NCBI GenBank assembly: GCA_012295275.1
Contig: CM022677.1
Location: forward strand, 23,622,001-23,686,000
DNA length: 64,000 nucleotides
Direction of reading: 5' to 3'
Source of the DNA: Chrysomallon squamiferum
Taxonomy: Eukaryota > Animalia > Mollusca
In this document: positions 26,558 to 39,968 of the stretch, in pieces
How the letters are laid out: each line of letters starts with the position of its first letter
Numbering within the stretch: the first letter of the stretch is position 1
The notes under the pieces: generated by a model
Databases searched by the model: none
Seen by the model: the letters and a program-made list of their open reading frames with translations, nothing else
What the model was told of the DNA's origin: nothing
Position numbers and translations under genes: made by a program

Positions 26558-27450
26558 CTGAAAATAAAGCGTTCATAACGATGTTATGTTTCCTTTTCAG
26601 TTTTCAACTGCAGCAATATTAAGGTGAATCTATTTCAATGAAACAAGATAATGTAATTATTCTGCCTGAGGACATTCAAGTGCATAAATATATATATTTA
26701 TGTTATTACATTTATTTTCACATTTCTTTTATTTATATCTTCTTTTATTAATTTAATTAGTAATTTTTTGTTTTAATATATTATTATTACTGTCATTATT
26801 ATTAATGTTGTTTCAGTTTCATTTAATTATTTATTTATGCAAAACAATTTTAACTATTAGAAAAAAATATATAATAATAAAACAAATTTTGGAACATTTT
26901 ATGTATTAGACATCTGATAGTATACACTGTTTAACTATAGATTTGATAAACGGAAATGATAAAAACACTTTTCTTAAGTAAAGCACAGTAAAAAATAAAA
27001 AATAAAAAATAATAACAATAATAATAAATAATGAAAAAATTAATTAAGTTCATCTTTCATCATTTGAAGGAAGAAACATTAATTTTCATAATTGTTTTTT
27101 TAGAGATTTTTTAGGGGATTACCTGATTTTCTTAAAAGTGGGGTTTACAGCCTCACCTGTTTATATTCTGGACACCAAGATCCTACCACAGTTGCTGCAG
27201 TAAAATTATGAATATGCAAATCACTAAAGAATATATATATCCCAAACACATACCTTGTTTATTTTTATGAGTCAAAGCAATTTCTGACGCCTTAAATATG
27301 ACAATTTTATGCATTGGGTGAAGACAGCTTGTTTGATTATGATAAAAATACTTTTTCTCTTTTTCCATCTTTTTCGTCCACATTTATTTTGTTACTGAAA
27401 ATTTTTCCAAATGAAAATGAAAAATGTAGAAATATTATTGGTATTTTTAC

Positions 27451-27639
27451 CACATCCATTACGCACGATGCAACGTTCTTTAAATATATTATGTTCTTCT
27501 CCTTGACAAGTCAGTCCTTGGCCTTTTGGAGCAGGATTATCACACACTCTTTGAAAATGAATGTTTCTGTATCCATATCCACAAGTGACAGTGCAGGAAC
27601 CTTTACTCTGAAGATGCCAACTACCCCAATTTCCATTCA
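27451..27639 (-). CDS. Gene 2 TSP1 exon class C (189 nt)
   Basis: VNGNWGSWHLQSKGSCTVTCGYG..RVCDNPAPKGQGLTC..CIVRNGC|gtaaaa. Confidence 0.9.
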
Positions 27640-28740
27640 CTACAAAAATTATTATATGTACAAGTAAGAGTGAACAAAACAAACCAAAAAACCGCCCCAA
27701 AAAACCCACTACAATCAAACAAAAACTAATTTGAATAAAATAAACATACAAAGGATATTCTTTTAGAACAAGAAAACATTGGAGAGAGGGACAGAGAGTT
27801 CACTTTTTCAGGGAGAACCCTCAGAATGTTTATTTCCTTACAGATTTCATGACCTTGAAATAAAATTAATATGCTGAATGCTGTGTACAGTGTGAGAAAA
27901 CATTTGGTACAAATCCAGCTTAGAATGAAATGATATTCAGACAGGGAATATCAACTATATAAATTAAATAAATTTGTCTTCTCTATAAATAAAACCCCCA
28001 AAATATGTATAAATAATGGAAGTTTCAGTATAATTTGTTTCTGCTTTATTTTGATGTTTGCTTTTGTGTGTGTGTTGCTCTTATTGTTTTTTGTTTGTAT
28101 GTTACTAGGATTTTCTAAATTTCTTTTTTTTTGTTAATTTTTTTCTCTATTAACTATTAAGGCTTTTTGATATATTTTACTAAACCTAAAAGTCTGATAA
28201 AATGAGTTGCTTTTCAGAAAAATACAGAAATGAGGTATTAGTACCACTTGAAATGTCTGCATTTCTACTTGTTTATCTGTTCTAACAGGAGTTACTGCAT
28301 GACAAACATGCAGAAAAAGACTTTCAAAGTATTCATTTTATTTTTTGATATTTTCCTTAGTTACCCTCAACATTTCTCAATCAAATTTGGTCAACTGAAA
28401 ATTATTAACATTGTCATGATATTCTGCTAACAAGAATAGAAAAGCTTTGTTAGAAAACTATGGAGGTCAGTTCATTATTTTCTAGTCATAACCATTGTTA
28501 AGAAAAATTAATAATCTGCACTAGCTTTATTCTTTGGTTTACATGAACACAGCTGACCTAAATTTGGAACAATTAAACAGCTTTTTCTTGATACTGTGTT
28601 AATACATAAAATAAAATCCTTGTTATTACATCAGGATAATGAACAATTGCAATATCCCCAACTCCAAGATGCCACATAATCCCCAGTTTGAATGCAAGAC
28701 CACATATAGGAATATTGTTTCAGTTTCTCACTCAACATAC

Positions 28741-28926
28741 CTATTAGACATGAACCTTCTTTGCACTGCTCTAAATGAGACTTAACAAAAGTTCCATCAC
28801 AATAGCGGTTTTCCCCAATACATATTCTGGTGTCATAGACATATCTTTCACATGAATGTTGGCATTCACCAGTGAATTCTCTTTCCCATGATGTCCATTT
28901 TACTTTTTGTGCTCTATTCCAAGCTT
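28741..28926 (-). CDS. Gene 2 TSP1-like exon class D (186 nt)
   Basis: EAWNRAQKVKWTSWERE..CQHSCERY..RICIGENRYCDG..CKEGSCLI|gtatgt. Confidence 0.88.
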
Positions 28927-29614
28927 CTGGGGGAAAAAAATAAAAATAATAATTTAAAAAATATAAAAAACTGACTACTTCTCTGTTTAGCAAGAGGTGG
29001 TGTGTTTCTAAGCTACTGAAAACTTTAGAAGTCCTATTTCATAACTGCTAATAGAGAATAAATAGCTCCTTTAACAGCAATATGTTCATTTATTTTATTT
29101 ATTTAATTAATTTATTAAGTTATTTATTACTATAATTTTGTTTATGTTTATCTAAATATACATTATACATGGCAAAATTGCACAAGTTGATTTTATATAA
29201 GAAGTAATGCACTTACCTTCACTAATTTAGATAATGTACATTATAAATGTCTGATAAATATTGTAAACAGATTCAATATGTATATCTGTGTGTTTATATT
29301 TAATCTGAACATTAAATACTGCAGCTAGGTTCCTTAACTTGTTTACATGCTTTATTTTCCAGATGATTTTCAATTAAACTATAATTACTGATCCTTATTA
29401 ATAAAATAATATAATTAAAATATACAAATAAAGCAATGTTATTGAGTATATTTTTAATTTTTTTTATTTCTTATTTTTATTTTACTACTCTTCATTATTA
29501 ATTTTTTCAATTTTGTAATAAATATGGAACAGTCTGAGTTATTATTAGTTTCTTACCAGGCGTGGATGTTTTACATATCTGAATAAAATCTGAACCTGAT
29601 CACTCATTTCTTAC

Positions 29615-29644
29615 CTCTGCTGTTTCGGCTGTAACATGCTATCA
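29615..29644 (-). CDS. Gene 2 second coding exon (30 nt)
   Basis: ttcag|..|gtaaga; VIACYSRNSR completes the signal peptide. Confidence 0.65.
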
Positions 29645-30005
29645 CTGAATTTGCTTGTATAGTGTGTGTAATAGACTGCTGTTAACCAGATATTTGTTGT
29701 TGTTTTTTCAAGCTATTTCACAGTATGTATTTTTTTTAAACTATCTTTTTTATGTAGAACATGACAACATTCATACATACATAAATATGAATTACATTCT
29801 GGGCTGCATTTACCCAGTCATGGCCCAACTTGAAAATGCTGCATTAAATGTTGTCAGTTTCTATTTATTTATAATACCATTTATAGCATGTGCTAGAAGC
29901 TCCACACTGCTTTAATTTGTCCTTGATTACAGCAGTTAATCAACTAATTTAACAGTTGTTACATTTTATATTATATTATATTTAATATAAACAAACTATA
30001 CAAAC

Positions 30006-30057
30006 CATATAAAATCATATATTCCTGGATTACAATTAATACAGTAATAGACTTCAT
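30006..30057 (-). CDS. Gene 2 start exon (signal peptide; exon extends to 30072)
   Basis: gtag|ATAAAACAAGTCGAC-ATG; MKSITVLIVIQEYMILY|gtttgt. Confidence 0.8.
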
Positions 30058-30099
30058 GTCGACTTGTTTTATCTACAGGAAAACAATATTTAAAAATAA

Positions 30100-30148
<49 letters not shown>

Positions 30149-30221
30149 AAAAAAATGTGAAAAACAAATAATTTAAAAGAAACTGAAATATTAAAATAAT
30201 TATATTATTTAAGTATTAACA

Positions 30222-30269
<48 letters not shown>

Positions 30270-32934
30270 AATTTTGTCTATTGAGATTATTATATTATTT
30301 TGTTTATCTTGCCATTTCCAAAATAAAGAAAAACTATCTAAGACAGAATGATACAATTTTTTTTAAATATTTATAAATAATTTGGTACAGATATCAGTGA
30401 ATCATTATTTAAATTTCTTTTTTTATTATTTCTTTTCTTTTTATCTTTTCAAATTTTCATGTTATTTATTTATTCAATATAATTTAAGAATTCTTTCCCT
30501 GTGGGAATACTCGGAATACTCGGTATAACGTTGTAAAAACTTGTTAATTAAATTAACGATTTACCTGATTTGGTTAATTCCTACCTGTTAGTACACAGGC
30601 CTATAGATTTGAACTTAATCATTTCAAACAACCTCATTTATCGAGTTTGTATGATGTTGGAAGAAACGTTTTAGAAAAATAATGATTTCAATTGTCGTCT
30701 GTAGGGTGAATGATAAGGCTTAAAATGCGATTTTAGTTTTTTAAAGGGTGAAGAATTGTGTTTACAGATTCTTAGTAATACAAAAGGATAATAGTATAAT
30801 GTTTAGGAGTGAATATATTCCTTTAATCTTTACTGCTTATCGTTTCATTATTTTTTTTAATTTAATTTTTTTTTTTTTTTTTTTTTTTTTGTTATGGTGA
30901 GTTCGTTTACATATGTGATTTTAGCTTATACCATTAAAGTGGAGATAACTCCACTTTTCAAGCAACTGTAAACAATCACCTGTCCTTTGACAGACCATCT
31001 GCAAAGACCTACAAGGAGAAACTTGTAAAATAAAGATAAAAATGTTCTTTGAATACTAACACAGCAACAGCCTCCAATACTTACATATTTTGCCAATGAA
31101 TTAACTCTGACCTGACCAATCAAAGTGGAATGAATACCAAATCACTTTGAATCAGTTTTGGTGATCAAAGTTGACACTCAGATAGTTTGGTACCTTAGAT
31201 CTGCTGTTTGAGTCCTCTAATGTTGCTTGAACAAAATGTACATTTTAATGACTCCTTTACCATAATAAGACGGTCTAAATGATAAGAACGATGAGACCAG
31301 CTTATTTATTGGACAAAGATGCAGATTCATGACATCATCCACTTAACAGGAAAAACAATTCTGGCAGACAATTGATGTGTGACCTGAATTCTGATTTTTG
31401 TGTTGCATCAGGTTCTGGAGACAGAGACATTCTCTGTGTTAAATGCAGTGCAAAAGCAGTATATTGCACATAAATGGTTATCACTTTATGGTGTTGACAC
31501 AATACAACGTGCTTGATGCCTATACAATCTTCTTTCCCCTGTTCCTTTCCAAGATTGACATAGTAGTAACTGCAGTGTGGGTGGGGAAAACAAGAAGTCT
31601 GTGACCAAATTGCTGGAAACTGTCTTAAAAGAACATGATTGCAGAAGGAAAGGAGAGAAAGCAAAAATGGATAAAGCTTGCTTCCAAAGACCAAATACAT
31701 TTCTGCTGTGTGAATGATAGGTTTTATTTTTGTGCTATATGTTATTAAAGGTCTAAAAAAAATGTATAGTCAGATGTTAAGTTTAGATAATTGGAAATAG
31801 AATGATTTCATTCAAATCATTTAAAATACTTAGATGGATTAGTTTTCATTAATAAATATATTGTTTATTAAAATGTTGCCATTTGTGGTATGGATAGATG
31901 GATTTGTGCTAATTTATATAAATTTGTTATTTATTAAAATGTTGACATTTATTTAGGGGCTTTTTTTTTTTTCTTTCATGTTTTATGCTGCAGTGCTTTG
32001 CCATCTAAAGAACGAAGGTATAATTTTTCAGACCAAAAGCACCATTGTGGACAAATTTCTTATCTAATTTTATCAAAATGAACCTATCCTGGTTTGAGAT
32101 ATCAGTGATCAAGCCATTTTCCATTATTATATATTTTTATTGGCCATTAAACAATTTACAAGGGATGTGTAAAATTAAGTCAACGTCACAGTTTATGGAC
32201 TGATTTACTGCGACGTATATGGACAAAGTAAAAGTACCTCTCATTAAATGTAGTGTATCTGAAATCAGTGAAATTCATAGAACTTTTGATATTGTGCTAA
32301 TAAACTGAGATACTTGTATATCCTTTGTCATATACATCTTACTTTTTTCTATTTTCTTTGATTTCCTGCCTGTGCTGTTTGGAGCATAAGTAATACATGG
32401 AACCTCATGGATTTCATTTGTTTGTGAGGAATAAACACATTGATATTACTTTGAAAATATGTGGCAATCTTGTGGAGGTCACATGCTTATGAACAATAAG
32501 AAAATGCATAACACCTGTGGAAAAACACATATGATGTTTGTGCAAATTATGGAATAATAATAATAATAATAATACTTCTTATTTTCGTAACCTGTGCATT
32601 TTTTCTTTGTATTATTATTATAATTTTTTTAATCATTCGTTGGTATAAATGAATATAAATGCAGTAATGTTTTAAAAAATATATTTTGAAACGAATAGCA
32701 ACTAGATATCATAATTTTAGAAGCAACACATTGTGTATGATATTTATTTACTTCCATACCAGCTCAGTAACAAATAAGAAACACATACACTTTCAGTAAG
32801 TTAACAACGTATAACAAATTTGATTGTACAGTGCTACTACCTATTATCATTACTGCTGTTGTCATTTTTGCCATGGTTATGCCACTCTGCATTATTCCAA
32901 GTTTTATTTCATTATTTAATATGGTCAAACCTGG

Positions 32935-32977
<43 letters not shown>

Positions 32978-33161
32978 GTGTCTGTTTTAATAAGATTTCA
33001 GTAATTTGTCTAAAATTATCTGTGGATAAAATTGAAAACAACAAATATTATTATATTAACTTTATTTATTCATTTTATATACAAATTGTATGTTTGTATT
33101 ATGTCCGTAGTCTGTATGTTTATGAATGTGTGTGTGTGTGCATGTGTGTATTTAATGGACA

Positions 33162-33206
<45 letters not shown>

Positions 33207-33982
33207 AATGGACATTTATGTGTGTGTAATATATTATTTGCTTTAGATGTTTTATCTTTGTGTGTGAGCAGTTCGCTTTCTAAATAAATAAGAGTTACCA
33301 ACATTCTGAACAATTTTAATTTTAAGATTTAAAGTGTAAAGTGAAAATTGATTTCCTCCAAATTAGTATAGATAATAATAATAATTATCACATTCAGAAT
33401 AACAACATAACAAGAACAACACTAACAAACAGATAAATAAAATGTTACACATTCTGACTGATTTGTGAGAAACTAGATAGTATAAAAAGATAAACACAAT
33501 AAATATGATAATTTGTTTAACAGTTTATACAGTTATTAATTTAACATAACAAACTAGAAAATACTATATAAATAGAATGCGCTAAAGTAATGAAAACATT
33601 GAAACATATATTTAAGATAAAGTACAAAATTTGTATATCAACTTAAATCTATAATTTCCTGGGCGTGAAATATCTCTCATTTTATTATTCACGGGTTAAA
33701 AACAAAAAAATAAAAGCAAAGAAAAAATAATATAATTAATATAAATAATTCTAATTACAAATGAAATACTATTGCCGATACACAGTTACATGAAATATGC
33801 TGTCAGACCTCATTTATTGTTGAAAAAATTGTTTAAAAATACTTTCTGTAAACTACAACTACTACTACTACTACTACTAATTAAAAAAAAAAAAAAATAA
33901 TATAAAATAAATAAATAAAGACAAGGAAGGAAACAAACTTGTATGATTTTCAATAAGTAGAAATATATATGATACTCTTCCA

Positions 33983-34091
33983 TCAGTTTCTTTCTGACAC
34001 CGGATTATCATAAGCCATATATTCTCTTTTCTCTTTATTTTTGTATAACGGATATTTCATACTTAATTCTCCCTTTTTCTTTTTCATACTT
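33983..34091 (-). CDS. Gene 3 cytoplasmic-tail (last) exon
   Basis: ttcag| phase 2; [35 protein letters not shown]. Confidence 0.85.
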
Positions 34092-34528
34092 CTGAAATGA
34101 AATTTATTTATCAATGTTAGTAAAGTGACTAGTCAGCAACTAAAACAGAATTTAAGCAAATTGATACATACACACACAAACATACAAAAATGCAGTATAA
34201 AGTAAAAATATATATAATAATAATTATCCATAAATTATTGAAAGGAAACTCTTGTTTATGGACCCAGGCCAAGGCCAAATGAGAGAGGTGTTGTGACTCA
34301 CTGTTCAGGGATAATGAAACATATCTTGTTAACTGAATATACAAATAAAAGGGAACTTCAAAATTACCTTTTCTTAAATGCATACAAAGCAATTAGAGTG
34401 ATAGCCATTGCAGTTATTACAGCACCAAATACTTTAAACAAGTATGCAGGTATAGTAGCTGAGGAGAAATACATAAATAAAAACAATATATAATGCTATA
34501 CTGGGTGGTATATATAAATGTATGCATG

Positions 34529-34581
<53 letters not shown>

Positions 34582-36307
34582 GGGGGTTGTTCTGAACTAA
34601 AATAACTACTTAACCAAAAAAGTTTAGCAAGTTTTTGTAAATGACTGTTGCTTCCAAATAAATTAAAATAAAGTGATAAAACTTGGTAATATGTTAATTG
34701 TATATGCCCTGTTGCTTTGGGTAATGAAAATATCACAATTTGTCATACTGCACTGAACCAACATTATCAAAAAGGAAAATGAAGACTTTATCCTGTTATA
34801 ATGGATTGCCATCCAGGCTTAACTGAAAATCAACATCATGAAGCAATGGGATGGCATAACGCCACAGGTTCAAACGTTCTCCATGATTAGCCCGGACTTT
34901 GCAGCAAACTATAGGCACTAGAATTCATGCTGAAACTGTCCATAACCGTCTCCATGCTGATGGATTACAAGCACATCGCCCTGTTGTAGCTGTTTCTCTG
35001 ACAGTGCATCACATTGAGGAACATCTGAGATGGGCCAGAATACACCAACACTGGCGATCAGACATTATTCACAGACCAATCCATGTTTTGTGTTCAGTTT
35101 GCAGATCGTAGGTGTCATGTATGGAGGAGACGAGAGAACGATATGACGCAGAAATGTCATTCAGCATGCATTGGCAGTATTAATGAAAGGTCCAACATTC
35201 ATGGTGGAGGTAAAACAGATCTCGTTTTCATTCACCGAAACATGACTGCTCAACGTTACAGCGATGAGATCATTACACAAGTGGTCATTCCATTCCTGCA
35301 GCAGCATCCTGGTTTTCTGTGTCAACAAAACAATGCTAGACCACATATCTTCTTGAGTGGAACCACATTCAAGTGTTGAACTGGCCACCAAAGTCACCTG
35401 ACTTGTCCCCAGTTAAGGATGCATGGGACCTACTGAGCCACAGGGTACACAAAAACTATCCTTATATCTTTAATGTTCATGACCTACAAATTACTCGGGA
35501 ATGGAACGCAATTACTGTTCCTGAGATTAATGTTCTCATTAGAAGCATAAGACGATGACGTATTGCTGTCTTCAATGATGCTGGTGCAGCACACACACAC
35601 ATCATTGAGCCCTCTCACCATTTTGGTAGATATACCCACTGTTTCATCAGTAACAACGTTGACATCATGACAACATGTTACTGCTGGCTACATTCAGAAA
35701 TGTTGTATCAAGGAAATAATGTGTACAAATAAATTCAACATCCAATCAGGTTGTCTGTATTTCATATCTTGTACGTAATTGCTAAACTTACTTTGAACAG
35801 TATATACATCATACACATAGGCAAATCATAAATAATACCTAGAATAAGACAGTATACATCTATCTACCAATCTATCTATCTATCTATCTGTATTTCATGT
35901 ATTATTACATTTCTCACTTACACTACAACAATAACCTCTCCTACTCCTCATCATAATAACAATACTAATATTAATAACAACCATGAATAGGTAAATAAAT
36001 AAACAAAAAAATATATATATAAAACAAAATTAAAAATAGCATGAAGAAAAACGAGAAATAAAAGTGCAGAGAGACCTTCAGACTTTTCTCCATTTTCTTC
36101 TTTTGTGCTGATAGCTGTAAAGTTTTCTGGAAATAAATATAGATTATCAGGTAGGCAGCATGAAATAACTAAATGAACAACAAAAATATGTCTGTTCAGT
36201 TTAGAACTTTTTTTTTAATGTCCCCCTCTAAATAGATAAATCAATAAATAAAGCTAGAATAATGATAAAAGATAAAGTAAAAATAATAATAATAATAATA
36301 ATAATAA

Positions 36308-36338
<31 letters not shown>

Positions 36339-36981
36339 AAGAAGAAGAAGATGATGAAGATTAACTACTTTTCAAGTGGAAATAATTTGTATTTCCTTGC
36401 TAAAACACTGAAGTAATACAAAATAATAAGAGATAAATTACTAATCCCAGACAATACATTTTAGATTATTATTTCTGTCAAAAACATTCAGTCTATTCTT
36501 ACCTCCAGACATTTCTGAAATAAATAAATAAAAACTGAAACAAATGGGTAATAAAATATATCTGTTTAAACTTAAAACTAATTTGCTTTCTATGTCATAT
36601 GATAAAATCATTTGTCAACTATCTGTTAGTTCCACGAGTGAGTGTTTATCTAGACACCTTATTTTATATCTTCGAGTTAGGAATATCAATTCATGTCATT
36701 TATTCTGGTGTAAGAGATGGTGGCAATGCTAGCATGATTCACTGGTTGCCTGCTTTTATAGATAACCCAGCATAATTATGTACACAGACAGTGTATTTTA
36801 TTACTAAAATTCACATGCTGCTGAAAGCTAGTTCTTTGTAAAACACTGCAATAATGCAATACATAATAATATGAGACAAACTGTCAATGCTAGACAATAA
36901 ATGTCAAATTGTAAGATATAGCTAATATTCTTACCTCCAGTATTTCCTTGAACAATGGGATATGTTTCTGAAATAAATATA

Positions 36982-37025
<44 letters not shown>

Positions 37026-37313
37026 ACATTGTAATAACAGAAGTATTATAATTACCAGTGCAGACAGGAAGGTTAATTCATGTTTAATCATCATAATTAA
37101 TTTGCAAAGAGGAATTCGAAACAGAATACAGATCTGTACAGTTCAGACATCAGTTTTTTAGAGGTGAAAATGTTTTTGAGATATCTGAAATAATCAAATA
37201 ATGATGATGCTGATCTACAGTTAAGACTTCATTTGATAATTCTGTCTTCTTCAAAGAGTTTATTTTATTCTTACCGGGAGTATTTTCCTCTGCCACCTTA
37301 TTTATCACTGAAA

Positions 37314-37348
<35 letters not shown>

Positions 37349-37562
37349 GCAAGCAAGCAAGCAAGTAAATAAGTAAACAAATACATAGATGATCAATTAT
37401 ACCAAACAGTCAGCTTTGTTACAAATGAGGTTACATTGTGGTAGAAATATAATAGAAAAATGGCCAAGATTTTCAGTTGGGCAGAAGCTTTGCATGTAAT
37501 GAGTTTAATGTGAGTTGAGTCACAAACATATAAAAAAAAAATAATAATAAAAAAAAAAAAAA

Positions 37563-37601
<39 letters not shown>

Positions 37602-38662
37602 AATAATAAAATAAAATAAATTAATAAATAAATATTAATAAATATCAACTACAACAACAACAACAATAGCAAAAATAATAATACAGAAGCGAATGAAAAT
37701 AAATAATATGATTACCAGAACATAGAGGTACAATACAGTCTACTAAATCAGTATCCAAATTAGGGCCTTCACAATACTGTCCTCCAGACTTTGGTGATGG
37801 TCTTTCGCAGATCCGTATTTTGACACGAACGCTCTTTACAGTGCCAGGAGCTCCACAGGTTGACTTGCAAGGGATAAGAGTAATTTGCCATGAGGACCAT
37901 CCTCCATCAGCTGTATAAATCAATTTAATATTTATTACAAATATTTTTCTTTTGAAATTTCCCTAAATAATAATGAAAAAAAAATAATAAAATAAAATAA
38001 AATAAAATAAAATAAATAAAAATAAATAAATAAATAAATAAATAAAAATAAATATCATACTTTTTAGATAATTGTAAGTTTTCTATTCTAAAGCTAATGT
38101 TATCATCATCATGATGAAGATAATAAAATGTTAGGTGCTGATTTATCATTCAGATCACGTAAAAGAGCAGCAATGGCTGCACCATTTGTCAGCATATCTC
38201 TCACATAACAAATCATTCAGCATTTTTGTTCTTTGTCAAGAAAAACAATCTAAAAAAAAAAAAAAAATGCTTTTATTGTCAGGTTCCTTATATAGATTGT
38301 AAATTTATTAGCTATAAAGTTTGCTATTATTGAAAAACACTTTGCTGAATTTCCATTTCTGCATTCAATGGACAATCATAAAAATTAAGATATAGTCAAT
38401 TCATTGCACCCATAGAGTAATAGAAAAAACTCCCAAGAAGCTAGTAAAATAAAAGATGATCAGTCATACCAAACAATCAGCTTTTGGTTCACTGAGCTTA
38501 CATTCTGGTAGATTCGTAACTAAAAAATTGCAGACAGCATGAAGGTTTGCATATATAGAATTTAAAATCAGACGAATCAAAGGCACGAACAAAATAAATA
38601 AATAAATAAATTTAAAAGGTGCAGGAAAATAATAATAATAATAATAATAATAAAAATAAAAA

Positions 38663-38693
<31 letters not shown>

Positions 38694-39544
38694 AAATAAA
38701 TAAAAAATAAAAAAATAAACATACAAATAAATGTAACAACTAAAGTATTACAATTACCAGTGCAGAGAAAAAGGTGACATTCAGCTTTAATCATCTAAAT
38801 TAATTTGCAAGTGGATATTCATCTTAAATGCCAAACATATTCATAACTCAATATAAATTAAAAGAAAACATGAATCGAAGTTAATTAATTTCAAATGATG
38901 TGACTGTACAATTTAGATATTACTTTATAATTCTTTTCCCCCAGCATTTTTTGACAAAAGTGTTTTGGTGTTAAAATATTCAAATGATGATCAGGATGCT
39001 GATGATGATGATGATGATAACAACAACAATGACAACAACAACAACAACAACAATAATAATAATAAGTGTCTACTATTAATTTCTTTCCCTAAAACATATT
39101 TGTAATATTTGTAATATAGAATAAAATTAGACAAAACATCAATCCCAGACAATAAATGATGAATTCTGCAGGTTATATTTGATAATTAACTCTTCTATAG
39201 AACATTTGATCTATTCTTACCAATAGTAGTTCCTTGAAGAATCGCTGAACTTTCTGAAAAAATAAATAAATAAATAAATAATACATTGTAATAACAGAAA
39301 TATTATAATTACCAGTGTGGAGAGGAAGGTTACATTCAAGTTTAATCATCAAAATTAATTTGCTAGTGGATATTCATCTTAATTGCTAAATGTATTCATA
39401 ACAGACTACAGGTTTGTACTGTTTATACGTCACTTTACAATTCTCTTTCACAATTTTTTTATTTATTTTATTTTTTGGGGGGAGGGGAAATATTTTAGTG
39501 CTACCTGAAATATTCAAATGCTGCTGCTGCTGCTGCTGCTGCTG

Positions 39545-39594
<50 letters not shown>

Positions 39595-39929
39595 GTTGAT
39601 AATGCTGATAATAATACTAATAGTAATAATAAAAGTTAATTTTCATGTCAATACTATTCATATTACTAAATTGCTAAAACAGGAATGAATGTTTAATGTC
39701 ACACCAGCATGAAAAACACTGGGTGTCAAACAAAGGCAAATATAACAAAATGGTGATTGCTAAAACAGTGTCATAATACATGTTATAAAAGAGACAAAAT
39801 ATTAACCCCAAAAATTTAATTTTTGAATTTTGTGAATTAACACTTCATTTTATAATTCTATGTCCCTCATGGATTTTGTTTTATTCTTACCTCCAGTATC
39901 TCCATGAGCCACCTGTTCTATATCTGAAA

Positions 39930-39968
<39 letters not shown>

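Larger units (their letters stand above)
7384..30057 (-). pseudogene. Gene 2: type-I membrane protein with 17 TSP1 repeats; complete structure but several disabling lesions (probable pseudogene or heavily exon-skipped)
   Basis: Signal exons 30006-30057 and 29615-29644, 4x(D-C-B-A) TSP1 exons plus E exon, stalk micro-exons, TM 7921-8008, tail 7384-7504. Frameshifts in exons at 10455, 16284 and 20501; splice-site losses near 12964, 19485 and 19808. Confidence 0.7.

Noticed and set aside
29557-29578. Apparent 22-nt exon with ag/gt flanks
   Set aside because: Gives an immediate stop in phase 1 and lies only 36 nt from the 29615 exon.
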